The notes beneath the pieces are model-generated. The model did not search any database, had not been told where the DNA came from, and worked only from the letters and a program-made list of their open reading frames with translations. A stretch of DNA of 64,000 bases from Gemmatimonadaceae bacterium (lineage in GTDB: Bacteria > Gemmatimonadota > Gemmatimonadetes > Gemmatimonadales > Gemmatimonadaceae): positions 25,442 to 89,441 of the forward strand of contig JBBDYA010000100.1 in the NCBI GenBank assembly GCA_040902005.1, read 5' to 3'. The first letter of the stretch is position 1. Each line of letters begins with the position of its first letter. Shown in pieces: positions 1 through 9,387 of the stretch. The position numbers and the translations under genes are program-made.

Positions 1-973
1 GCGCGCGGTTGACGAGGTCGATGAGCGCGCAGAGCGTAGTGGACTTGCCCGAGCCGGTCGGACCCGTGACCAGGACGAGCCCCTTGGTGAGGAAGCACAG
101 CCGCTGCACTTCCTCGGTGACCTTCATCTGCTCCACCGACACCACCGTCGCGGGAATCTGCCGGAACACGGCCACCGGCCCGTTGCGGTCACGCGCGGCG
201 TTCGCGCTAAAGCGCGCGACGCCGGGCAGCTCGTACGCATAGTCGGTGTCGTTACACTCGGCGAATTCCCGCCGGTTCCGCTCCGGCATGATCGAGCGCA
301 TCATCGAGAACAGTTGCTCGTCGGACAGCGGGGGCCCTTCCTGGCGGACCATTTCGCCATGATGGCGCAGGATGGGCGGTTCGGTGACGCGCAGGTGAAG
401 ATCGGATGCATCCTTCGCGACCATCGTCTTCAGCAGCGAATCGAGAAACGCGCGGGCCTGCTCGATCCCCTCGAACGGCAGGATCAAGTCGAGCTCGGAC
501 TTCGACGACGAGCCGCTCACCGGCGGTGTCGTCGGTGCCGCGCTGGCGGCGACCGTGGCGGGCGCGGCTGGCGGCGCGGCCGGTGGTGCTTGCACGGGCG
601 CTCCCTGTGGAGGTGTTTCCGGCGGCAGGTCCGTCACCTTGAACTGACCGGTGAGTCGCTTGAATTCCGCGCGGTCGTCGATCTTGCCCACGACGTGCCA
701 TTTCGTGCCGTTGAGCATCGCGCGAATGACGAATGCCCCGTCGCCGGTCACGTGCGCCATCGTCGCGGGCTGGTTCGCGTCGAGTTTCTTCTGCGCGTCC
801 GCGGACGCGACCTCCTTGAGGAGCGCGACGATCTGCGGCCCCGAGAGCGGCGTCTTGGTCAGCGGGCGCAACTGCCCACCGACCTCCACCTTCACCAGTT
901 CGCCATCCTCGAGGACGAGTGAGTCCGCCTTGTTGCTCACCATCGCGGCGAGCAGACGATCGAATTGCGCCAT
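1..973 (-). CDS. pilT: PilT/PilU-family twitching-motility ATPase with an extra N-terminal domain (runs off the window edge)
   Basis: Manual translation from ATG at 973: MAQFDRLLAAMV..., ASDLHLRV, YELPGVARF, VFRQIP, Walker A GLVLVTGPTGSGKSTT. Absent from the ORF track because the frame is open at the edge. Confidence 0.9.
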   Translation of the reverse strand, partial: MAQFDRLLAAMVSNKADSLVLEDGELVKVEVGGQLRPLTKTPLSGPQIVALLKEVASADAQKKLDANQPATMAHVTGDGAFVIRAMLNGTKWHVVGKIDDRAEFKRLTGQFKVTDLPPETPPQGAPVQAPPAAPPAAPATVAASAAPTTPPVSGSSSKSELDLILPFEGIEQARAFLDSLLKTMVAKDASDLHLRVTEPPILRHHGEMVRQEGPPLSDEQLFSMMRSIMPERNRREFAECNDTDYAYELPGVARFSANAARDRNGPVAVFRQIPATVVSVEQMKVTEEVQRLCFLTKGLVLVTGPTGSGKSTTLCALIDLVNRA

Positions 974-1434
974 TAAGCAACCTCGCGCACGTGCGCGATT
1001 GTCTGTGTGTTGACCAGCAGCACCTGCGCGGCGTCGACCACCGGCAGGAAGCGGGGACGATACCCGTTGAGAAAGTCCAGCAGGCGCGGACGATCGGAGG
1101 GCGTTTCGAGAAAGATGGAGCCACCACACACGCTGCCGTCCGTGAAGGTCAGCTCGACGGTGACGCCTAGCGGACCCAGGTCGAACGTATCGTCGGCGGC
1201 ATGGGTCTCCGCGCGCGCCACGTTCGCCTTCGCGACGAGCAGCGCCTGGCCACCGGTCACGAACGCGAAGAACGGGTCCGGGTCATTCAGCAGCTCCGCC
1301 GGTTCTTCCGGGCGAGGACGGTGCCGCGACACCGGTCGCAGGAACACCTCCCCTTCCAGCCGCTGGCCATCGCGCAGCACGACCGCCAGGGGGCGGCGCA
1401 GCTTTTCGATGCGATACTCGTTCATGTGCGCCAT
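973..1434 (-). CDS. Hypothetical protein with two tandem Sm-like repeats
   Basis: 153 aa; stop overlaps the pilT start (TAATG); internal duplication of VxLxDG..xxG...LLVxK/N. Confidence 0.75.
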   Translation of the reverse strand: MAHMNEYRIEKLRRPLAVVLRDGQRLEGEVFLRPVSRHRPRPEEPAELLNDPDPFFAFVTGGQALLVAKANVARAETHAADDTFDLGPLGVTVELTFTDGSVCGGSIFLETPSDRPRLLDFLNGYRPRFLPVVDAAQVLLVNTQTIAHVREVA

Positions 1435-1486
1435 TCTGTGGGCCCGGGAGCGGCAGCGTCAAGACTTGCGGCGCGCAGCCCGTCGA

Positions 1487-2395
1487 TCATGGGTGCAGAT
1501 GGACGTGGCAGTCGGCGATCTCCTGGCGCTCCGTCTGGACCGTGACGTGGTGAATTCCCATCGCGCGCATCACCTCGTACGAACGCTCCACCACCGCCTG
1601 CTGGTGTTCCGGCTCGCGCACGATGGCGTGCGCACTGAGTGCCACGACGCCCGAGGTCACGGTCCAGACGTGCAGATCGTGAACGGATTCCACTCCGGGA
1701 ATCGCTTCGAGCGAGGCGCGCACCTCCGGCAGCGAGATATGCGACGGCGTGGACTCGAGGAGCACGCTCACCGCCTCCCGCACCAGCGCCCACGCGCCAC
1801 GCACGATCAGCGCGGTGGTCAGCAACGACGCCAGGGGATCGGCGTACAGCCACCCCGTGAGCTGGATCGTCAACGCGGCCACGATCGTGCCCACCGATGA
1901 CAACAGGTCCCCGAGAATGTGGAGGTAGGCGCCGCGCACGTTCAGGCTGCTCGCATGCAGGGGACGCAGCCACATCGCGGCGATGATGTTCGCGACCAGC
2001 CCGCCGACCGCCACCAGCAGCATCACGGTGCCCCCCACCTCGGCGGGCGCGCGGAACCGGGAGATCGCTTCGACGACGATCCACGCAGACAGCCCCAGGA
2101 GCGTGGCGCCATTGATCAGCGCCGCGAGGATCTCCCACCGCAGGTATCCGTAGGTCTTCTGCGGCGTGACCGGCTGCCGGGAGAACCACACGACGAACAA
2201 GGAGAGAGCGAGTGCGCCCGCGTCCGTCAGCATGTGGCCAGCATCCGCCAGAAGCGCAAGCGAGTTGGAGATCCAACCGCCAACGGTTTCTGCGATCAGC
2301 ACCGCGAGCGTGAGCACGAGCGCGTACCGCAGCGCTCGCGTCGACCGCTCAGCCGTGCTCGTGTGGTCGTGGTGGTGGCGGTGATCGTGGGTCAC
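1487..2395 (-). CDS. Cation diffusion facilitator (CzcD/ZitB-like Zn/Co/Cd exporter)
   Basis: His-rich N-terminus, SLALLADAGHMLTD, HILGD, VHDLHVW. Confidence 0.95.
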   Translation of the reverse strand: MTHDHRHHHDHTSTAERSTRALRYALVLTLAVLIAETVGGWISNSLALLADAGHMLTDAGALALSLFVVWFSRQPVTPQKTYGYLRWEILAALINGATLLGLSAWIVVEAISRFRAPAEVGGTVMLLVAVGGLVANIIAAMWLRPLHASSLNVRGAYLHILGDLLSSVGTIVAALTIQLTGWLYADPLASLLTTALIVRGAWALVREAVSVLLESTPSHISLPEVRASLEAIPGVESVHDLHVWTVTSGVVALSAHAIVREPEHQQAVVERSYEVMRAMGIHHVTVQTERQEIADCHVHLHP

Positions 2396-2457
2396 GTGCC
2401 CGCGGGGTGGAAAGACGAACGGACGACTAGTAGCGACCGCCCGGGTCTCCTAAGTTA

Positions 2458-3846
2458 GTGGTGGTGCTCGGCCAAATCGTCATCATCGCCGTTCTGCTGC
2501 TGTTGAACGGCTACTTCGTGGCCGTCGAGTTTGCGCTGGTCCGCGCTCGGCGCACTCGATTGGAGGCGATGGCCCGCTCCGGGGATCGCCTGGCACGCAT
2601 TGCCCTCCGCGCCACGGGCAACCTCAGCCGCATGCTCTCCGCGAGTCAGCTGGGGATCACGCTGGCGTCGCTGGGCCTGGGCGCGGTGACCGAAGCCGCG
2701 ATCGCCGACTACTTCCGCGACTGGCTGTCCGTCCTTCCACCGGCGCTGGAGGTGGGCACGCGGATCGGCATCGGATCGATACTGGCCATCACGTTCGTGG
2801 CCTACTTCCACGTGGTGTTCGCGGAGCTGGCGCCCCGCAGCCTGGCGCTGTCGCACCCCGAGCGCATCGCGCGATTGCTCGCGCCAGGACTGTTCGTCTT
2901 CGAGTTCCTGCTCCGCCCGTTCACCTCCCTGCTCAACCACTCGGCCGAGTTGGTGCTGCGACTCGGCGGGCAAAAGGCGGTGCCGGTGGAGGAATCCCTG
3001 CACTCGCCCGAGGAATTGCGGCTCCTCGTGGAACAGAGCGAGGAGGGCGGGGTGCTGGAGGCGGCGCCGGCCACCCTCATCGAGGGCGTGTTCGAGTTCT
3101 CGGAAAAGAACGCGCGCGCCGTCATGACGCCCCGCACCGAGATCGATGCCCTGCCGGTGGATGCCACGCTGGACGACACCCTCTCGCTCGTCGAGGAATC
3201 GCGCCGCTCCCGGTACCCGGTGTTCGACGAATCCATCGATAACGTCATCGGGCTCGTGCTGGCGAAAGACCTGATTCCCATCCTCCGGCAACCGCCGTCA
3301 CCCGGCTCCACGGGACCCGCCGGATTCGAGGTGCGGTCGATCATGCGGCCGATCCATGTCGTGCCGGGCTCGCGCGAAGTGGAGGCAGTGCTCGCCGACT
3401 TCAAGCGGCTCAAGGCGCACCTGGCGATGGTGCTCGACGAGTACGGGGGCACGGCCGGTCTCGTCACGATGGAAGACCTGCTCGAGGAGATCGTTGGCGA
3501 AATCCTGGACGAGAAGGATGAGCCACCGGAGGTCGAAGAGCGCGAATCCCCTGACATGGTGCTGGTGCCCGGCTCGACCAACATCGCGGACCTCAACGAG
3601 CGATTCGGCCTCGCCGTGCCGGAGGAGGACTACACCACGCTTGGCGGATTCGTGTTCGGCGTGCTCGGCCGCCTGCCCGTCCTGGGCGACCGCGCGACGG
3701 CCGGCGGCGCGATCTTCACCGTCCGCGAAATGGACGGACGACGCATCGAGACGCTCGCGGTGGATCTGCACAACGCCGGCGACCGGCGCGACCTGCGGCG
3801 TGACGAAGACGAGCGCCAGGGAAGCTCGGATAAAAGGGGCGAGTAG
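2458..3846 (+). CDS. Hemolysin-family CNNM/CBS/CorC-HlyC protein
   Basis: NGYFVAVEFALV, SQLGITL, VMTPRTEI, DEYGGTAGLVTMEDLLEEIVGEI; start could be GTG at 2458, 2461 or 2464. Confidence 0.95.
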   Translation: MVVLGQIVIIAVLLLLNGYFVAVEFALVRARRTRLEAMARSGDRLARIALRATGNLSRMLSASQLGITLASLGLGAVTEAAIADYFRDWLSVLPPALEVGTRIGIGSILAITFVAYFHVVFAELAPRSLALSHPERIARLLAPGLFVFEFLLRPFTSLLNHSAELVLRLGGQKAVPVEESLHSPEELRLLVEQSEEGGVLEAAPATLIEGVFEFSEKNARAVMTPRTEIDALPVDATLDDTLSLVEESRRSRYPVFDESIDNVIGLVLAKDLIPILRQPPSPGSTGPAGFEVRSIMRPIHVVPGSREVEAVLADFKRLKAHLAMVLDEYGGTAGLVTMEDLLEEIVGEILDEKDEPPEVEERESPDMVLVPGSTNIADLNERFGLAVPEEDYTTLGGFVFGVLGRLPVLGDRATAGGAIFTVREMDGRRIETLAVDLHNAGDRRDLRRDEDERQGSSDKRGE

Positions 3847-3999
3847 GAAGCGCGATAGCTCCCGGGCGCGAGCCAGTATCAATACTGAGACGAGTATGAG
3901 GAACTCCTCCCAGGTGCATTCGAGCAGCCGTCAGTATTGATACTACGCTCGCGCCCGGGAGCTATCGCGCTTCCTACTCGCCCCTTTTTCAGAGGTTCC
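3820..3999. mobile_element. MITE-like element with long terminal inverted repeats and IS5-like ends
   Basis: Arms 3832-3888 and 3931-3988 are near-perfect reverse complements; ends GGAAGCTCGGATAAAA / GGAACCTCTGAAAAA; flanked by CCAG and CTAG. Confidence 0.7.
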
Positions 4000-5520
4000 C
4001 TAGGGCCGAGGAAGCAGCCGGTCGAGATTCGCCAGCTGCAGCGCATTCACCGCCATGACCGTCGCGGCCTGCGCGACGTCACCGGGCACCGTGGCGTCGA
4101 AGACATCGGCCTGCGAGTGATGCGTGTAGTCGTAGCCACGTGACAGCTGGTCGTAGTTGAAGGCCGGTACGCGCGCGGCCTGAAAGACCAGATGATCCGT
4201 GCCGGTCTTCATCCCGGACCGCACGGCGATGGGCCCCAGCGCGGCGAGGGGACGCATCATGGCGCTCCACAGGTCGTGCAGATCGTCGCGCCCCTGGAGC
4301 GGGAGCGCCACAATGCGCCCCGTGCCGTTGTCGAGCACGAGCACGGCCTGATGGCGCGGCAACTCACGCGCGTGCGCACGCGCGTAATACTGTGCGCCGA
4401 GAAGCCCCTGCTCCTCGCCGGTGAAGAGCGCGAACCTGATGGTCCTGCGCGGGCGCACGCCGCTGGCCTTGAGCGCGCCAAGCAGCCGTGCCGCCTCGAT
4501 CACCGCCACCGAACTCGACCCGTTGTCCGACGCCCCCGTACCCAGGTCCCAGGAATCCAGGTGTGCCCCCAGCAGGACCACCTCGTTCGGAAACTGGCTG
4601 CCGCGAATCTCACCGACGGTGTTCCACTGCACCAGCGTATCTCGTCCCAGGGCATTCGACGCGTTCACCTCCACGCGCACGCGCTCACCCAACGCGAGCT
4701 GGCGATGCAGTTCGGCGAACGTGTGATTGCCGACTACCACCATGGGGAACTTCGCGATCTCGTCCGGAGATCCGCTCATCGTGAACAGCCCGAAGTCCTT
4801 GGCGCCGTCCAGGATCTGGCCGGCAATCCCCTGCGCCGCCAGCAGGTCGTGAAGCCCCGCGAGAAACGCGCGCTGCGGCTGCGTCAGGCGCTGGTTGCGT
4901 TCGCGCAGGGCCAGGCGCAGCGAATCCACGCGCGCGGAATCCCGCCCGTCGGCGGCACCCGGACTCGTCCGTGGATAGGCGGTGGCGGTCATCACCCAGG
5001 CACCTGTCAGCTTCCCGGCGAAGCGGCGATCGAAGTCCGCCCTGCTCAGGGCGTCCATGAACACGACGTCGCCCGTGAGCGGCCCGCCCGTTCCCGGCGC
5101 CCAGGCCCAGGACGCCGCCGACAGCCAGCGCTCGTGCGGCAGCACCAACCGCATGGTGAGCGGGCCGCGCTGCCAGGACACGCCAAATGGCCAGGGCTCG
5201 AGCGCGACCGAGTCGGCGCCATAGTCGCGCAGCCTGGCCGCGGCCCACTCGTTCGCCCGACGCATGGCCGCTGTCCCCGTGAGCCGTGGACCGATGATGT
5301 CGGTCAGGTATTGCAGGTCCGCGCGCACGCGGGACCGTTGCGTGCCCTCCTCGATCAGGAACGCAATGCTCGCCGAGTCCGCCTGTACCCGCGCGGCGAG
5401 CTGCGCAACCCGCGGCCCGGCCGGCGGAACGACCGCCGCCGGCGGCGCCACGGTGCCGGGTCGCGAACAGGCGAGCATCGCCACGGCGAGTGCCGCCAGG
5501 ATCGTCCGTCCGTGAATCAT
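4000..5520 (-). CDS. M28-family metallopeptidase (carboxypeptidase Q-like), probable lipoprotein
   Basis: IGPRLTG, GAHLDSWD, GASDNG, GEEQGLLG, TDH, THHSQAD; signal peptide ending AMLAC. Confidence 0.92.
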   Translation of the reverse strand: MIHGRTILAALAVAMLACSRPGTVAPPAAVVPPAGPRVAQLAARVQADSASIAFLIEEGTQRSRVRADLQYLTDIIGPRLTGTAAMRRANEWAAARLRDYGADSVALEPWPFGVSWQRGPLTMRLVLPHERWLSAASWAWAPGTGGPLTGDVVFMDALSRADFDRRFAGKLTGAWVMTATAYPRTSPGAADGRDSARVDSLRLALRERNQRLTQPQRAFLAGLHDLLAAQGIAGQILDGAKDFGLFTMSGSPDEIAKFPMVVVGNHTFAELHRQLALGERVRVEVNASNALGRDTLVQWNTVGEIRGSQFPNEVVLLGAHLDSWDLGTGASDNGSSSVAVIEAARLLGALKASGVRPRRTIRFALFTGEEQGLLGAQYYARAHARELPRHQAVLVLDNGTGRIVALPLQGRDDLHDLWSAMMRPLAALGPIAVRSGMKTGTDHLVFQAARVPAFNYDQLSRGYDYTHHSQADVFDATVPGDVAQAATVMAVNALQLANLDRLLPRP

Positions 5521-5528
5521 GAGGAACG

Positions 5529-6467
5529 TCAGGTAGGGGAACCGCGCGCCGCGCGGCGCGCACGATGAGCGCGTGCGAGGTCCGCGCACAGCTGCACCGC
5601 GCCGACCATGCTCGATGCATCCGCAATGCCGCGGCTCGCGATGTCCAGCGCCGTGCCGTGGTCCGGCGCGCATCGCGGAAATGGCAACCCGAGCGTCACA
5701 TTCACCGCGTGCCCGAACGCCGCCACCTTGATGGCGGTCATTCCGACGTCGTGATAGGGCGCGATGACGGCGTCGAACTCGCCTCGGATGGCGCGCACGA
5801 ACACGGTGTCGGCCGGAAACGGTCCGGCGATGCCGGCCGCAGCCGCGGCGGGGCGCAGCACCGCGTCATCCTCGGTGCCGAATCGCCCCGAATCGCCAGC
5901 GTGCGGATTCAGCGCGCAGAGCGCAAGCCGTGGCTCGTCGATGCCGAACCACGTCTGGAGCGCCGCTCGGGTGGTAGCGGCGATCTCCACGATCCGCTCG
6001 TGGGTCAGCGCGCGGGGCACGTCGCGCAGGGGGATGTGCGTCGTGGCAAGCACGACCCGAAGGGCCGGCCAGGAGCCCTGACTCTCGGCCGAGGTCAGCA
6101 TCATGGCGACCTTTGCGCCCGTGAGCGCCGCCAGCATCTCCGTGTGGCCGGGATAATCGTAGCCGCCCTGGTGCAGCGCGCTCTTCTCCAGGGGCGCGGT
6201 GACGAGACCGTCCACCACACCGGTCCGCGCCAGGTGCACGGCGCGCTCGACCGCGGCGCCCGCCAACCGGCCGGCCAGCGTCGCATCACCGCCCGCGTGC
6301 CACGCCCCCACGGCCTCCGTCACGTCCACTTCGGTTCCGGTGGGGCCCACGATGAGCAGCTCCGCGGCGCCGGCAACCGCCCCGTCGCGCAGCGTTTTCG
6401 CGACGATCTCCGGCCCGATTCCGCGCGGGTCGCCGAGGGTGACGGCGAGACGCGGCAACGCGGCCAT
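5529..6467 (-). CDS. pdxA: 4-hydroxythreonine-4-phosphate dehydrogenase
   Basis: GDPRGIGPE, PGHTEML, LNPHAG, PADT, YHD, PDHGTA. Confidence 0.95.
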   Translation of the reverse strand: MAALPRLAVTLGDPRGIGPEIVAKTLRDGAVAGAAELLIVGPTGTEVDVTEAVGAWHAGGDATLAGRLAGAAVERAVHLARTGVVDGLVTAPLEKSALHQGGYDYPGHTEMLAALTGAKVAMMLTSAESQGSWPALRVVLATTHIPLRDVPRALTHERIVEIAATTRAALQTWFGIDEPRLALCALNPHAGDSGRFGTEDDAVLRPAAAAAGIAGPFPADTVFVRAIRGEFDAVIAPYHDVGMTAIKVAAFGHAVNVTLGLPFPRCAPDHGTALDIASRGIADASSMVGAVQLCADLARAHRARRAARGSPT

Positions 6468-6468
6468 G

Positions 6469-7842
6469 TCAGTCCGGGTCGCGCTGGTCCGCCGCGAGCA
6501 TCTCTCCCAGGCGAATGGAGACGAACGCCTCCGCGCGCAGCGCGTCGAGGTACCGCCGGATCGACCCCGCCTCCACCAGCTGGGCACGGACGCGCTCGCG
6601 GAGGTCCGCCAGGGTATAGTCGCCCCCGGCGGTCACCGTGACGAGTTGCGCAATCACGAACTTTGACTGTCCGGCGGCACCGGCGATGGGAAAGTTGACG
6701 ACGTCACCGGCGTTCTTCCCCGCGAACGCGGTCCGGTAGCTGTCCGGCAGGCCGGAATCGACGGGAATCGGCGTGAGGATGCTCGTCTCCTCGCCGCTGG
6801 CAAAATCGTGGAAGCGGCGCGCGAGCGTGTCGAACGGCACACCGGCCTGCCAGCGGTCGGCGACGCTGTCCGCCAGCGCGGCGGCGCGCGCAACGTCCGC
6901 GGCGTCGATCACCGGCTTGATGAGAATATGGCGCGCTTTCACCTCGCCCGGCTGCACGCGGTCCACCCGGATGAGGTGGAATCCGTGCATCGTTTCCACG
7001 ATGGGACTGAGCTGTCCCGGCCGCAGAGTGAACATCCACCGTTCGAATTCCGGCACCATGACGCCGCGCCGGTGCCAGCCGAGGTCCCCGCCCTGCTCCC
7101 GGGACCCGGAATCCGCTGATTCGCGCCGGGCGATCCGCTCGAACTCGGCGCCTGCGTTGATCTCCGCGAGGAGCGCCTCCGCGCGCACGCGCGCCACGTT
7201 CCGGGCGGAATCCCTGGGTGCGGGCGCGATCACGATCTGGCGGAACGTCACGGTCGCGGGGCGCCGCGGCAGTGTGGCCCGGGAACGGGTGAACGCCTCC
7301 TCCACATCGGTTTCGCGCACGTTCACCGGCGGGATCTTTCCCGTGGACCGCATCTGGTCCACCAGCCGCCGCTGCAACTCGGTGCGCCGCATCTGCTCCA
7401 TGAGGAATCGCCGGTACTCCTCGGGTGAGCCGAGGCCGGCCTTCACGAGCTCCGCGCGGAACTCGGCTTCGCTCGGAAATCGCGCCCGGACTTCCTGGAG
7501 CTGCTTTTCCACGGTGAGAGTGAGTTCGGCATCCAGCACGACGATCTCGAGCGTGCGCGCCTTCTGAATGAGGACTTCCTCATCCACCAGCTCGTTCAGG
7601 GTCTGCGTGGCGAACTGCTGGAACTCCTCCGCGTTGGAGGGCGGCCGGAACCCGGGGGCCTGCTGGAGGGCGAGCATCCGCTCCTGCAGGTCATACTGGG
7701 TGATGGGCTGATCGCCGACGATCGCCACGATCCGGTCGAGCGAAACGACGGTGGTGTCGCCCGGGGCCAGCAGCGCCGGCAACTCCTGCGCGGCCGCAGT
7801 CGCGGTCCAGAGCGTGACCAGCGCGAACACGAGCGACTTCAT
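6469..7842 (-). CDS. surA: SurA-like peptidyl-prolyl isomerase chaperone
   Basis: Signal peptide, LDRIVAIVG, parvulin motif GGDLGW...MVPEFE; lies upstream of pdxA. Confidence 0.85.
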   Translation of the reverse strand: MKSLVFALVTLWTATAAAQELPALLAPGDTTVVSLDRIVAIVGDQPITQYDLQERMLALQQAPGFRPPSNAEEFQQFATQTLNELVDEEVLIQKARTLEIVVLDAELTLTVEKQLQEVRARFPSEAEFRAELVKAGLGSPEEYRRFLMEQMRRTELQRRLVDQMRSTGKIPPVNVRETDVEEAFTRSRATLPRRPATVTFRQIVIAPAPRDSARNVARVRAEALLAEINAGAEFERIARRESADSGSREQGGDLGWHRRGVMVPEFERWMFTLRPGQLSPIVETMHGFHLIRVDRVQPGEVKARHILIKPVIDAADVARAAALADSVADRWQAGVPFDTLARRFHDFASGEETSILTPIPVDSGLPDSYRTAFAGKNAGDVVNFPIAGAAGQSKFVIAQLVTVTAGGDYTLADLRERVRAQLVEAGSIRRYLDALRAEAFVSIRLGEMLAADQRDPD

Positions 7843-7884
7843 TCCCGTCATACCCCTCATACCCCGTCGAGATGGCAAGGTCCG

Positions 7885-9330
7885 TTACTGGTTGCGCCCG
7901 GTGTCTCCGGGCGGCGCGGGCATCGGCACCTGGGAGGGCGGCTGTTGCGCCGACCGCGCCGAATCCGCGGACGCCCGCAGCTTGCGGGCACGCTCGACCG
8001 CACGATCGACCCCGGCGGAGTTGATCTTCCAGGAATACGTGGCCGTGAGCACCGACTGGACCGGGGACGGCACCGTGAGCGGCTGCGCCTGCCCCGTCAT
8101 CATGCGGTCGAGGTAGGCGTCGACGCGCGCCGCGGCCAACCGCTCGCGCTCCGGCTGGTTCCGCGCGCTGTCGGCCAGCATCAGCGGATCGATGCCCAGC
8201 TGCTGCCAGAGCGCCACGATCAGGCCGCGGAACTCACCGTAGAGCTGCTCCTTTTCCGCCGGCGTCATCACGATGCCGGCACTGTCCGCCTTCATCAACA
8301 GCACCTCGTTCCGCGCAATGCTGCGCACGAAGAGTCGCACCAGGGAGTCCGGCGCGCCCGCCATCTGCTGAGGAATCCGCGCCTGTGGCTGGAACGATTC
8401 CACCCACCGCACGAAGCGGCTCACGGTGAGCCGGCCGCCCGTGTAGGTGGCCATGACGTCGGTGTTCTGCCGATGCGCCGCGAGATCCCGCGCCGCCGCC
8501 TTCGCCTGCGCCGCGGCGTCCGCGCGCACCTCGATGTCCGCGTCGGCCTCGACGCCCGCGACGAACACGCTCTCGGCGCGCTGCTCGGCGCCCTCGGCGA
8601 ACATCGGGTCGTACTGCGCCCGCGCATCCGCGTAGGTCGGCCGTTGAATGATATGGTAGCCGTACTGGGTCTCGACGAGACCAGAGATCTCGCCCGGCTG
8701 CAGCGACGCGACGGCGTCACTGAACGGCTTCACCATGTCGTCGCGCCGGAAGGCGCCGAGGTTGCCGCCCTGGGCGGCGCTGCCATCGGTGCTGTGACGC
8801 CGCGCCATGTCCGCGAAGTTCCGGCTGGTCACCTGCGCGCGAATGGTTTCGGCGCGCCGGCGCACGGAGTCCTTCTGCTCCTGCGAGGCGCCGCCCGGGA
8901 ACTGGAACAGGATGTGGCGCGCAACCATGATGCCGCCCGCCGCCTGGGTGTACGTGGTCTCGGACGCGCTGTCCGCCACCGTGCTCCCGCCCGCGCTGGC
9001 CATGTACCGGCGCAGACGCTCATTGGCTGTGATCCCGACCGTCGCGTCGTCGATGAGTTGCTGATCGCCGAGCGAGTCGCCCCGCGCCGCCGCCACCCCG
9101 AGCAGTTGATAGTTCATCCACAGATCCGCGACGATCATCGCGGTCTCGCGATTGATCGGGATCTGGAGCGTGGTGTTCCCGAGGAGATCGCCGCTCCGGG
9201 TCACCGACAGTTCCCGGTCCTCCGCCTTGGCCACCACGTCCACGTGAGTGGTGAGTGCTTCACGAAGACTATCACAGCCGGCGAGCCCACCGGCCAATGC
9301 GCATGCGATGGCGATCGAACGAATCTTCAT
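7885..9330 (-). CDS. PpiC-type peptidyl-prolyl isomerase lipoprotein (foldase)
   Basis: Lipobox LAGC; ARHIL, GGNLG, MVKPF, ETQYGYHII. Confidence 0.9.
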   Translation of the reverse strand: MKIRSIAIACALAGGLAGCDSLREALTTHVDVVAKAEDRELSVTRSGDLLGNTTLQIPINRETAMIVADLWMNYQLLGVAAARGDSLGDQQLIDDATVGITANERLRRYMASAGGSTVADSASETTYTQAAGGIMVARHILFQFPGGASQEQKDSVRRRAETIRAQVTSRNFADMARRHSTDGSAAQGGNLGAFRRDDMVKPFSDAVASLQPGEISGLVETQYGYHIIQRPTYADARAQYDPMFAEGAEQRAESVFVAGVEADADIEVRADAAAQAKAAARDLAAHRQNTDVMATYTGGRLTVSRFVRWVESFQPQARIPQQMAGAPDSLVRLFVRSIARNEVLLMKADSAGIVMTPAEKEQLYGEFRGLIVALWQQLGIDPLMLADSARNQPERERLAAARVDAYLDRMMTGQAQPLTVPSPVQSVLTATYSWKINSAGVDRAVERARKLRASADSARSAQQPPSQVPMPAPPGDTGRNQ

Positions 9331-9387
9331 CTGTTGGAACACTCCGGGAGAATCCTGTGTGCGAGCAATCGTGTCGGCCTGCCAAAA

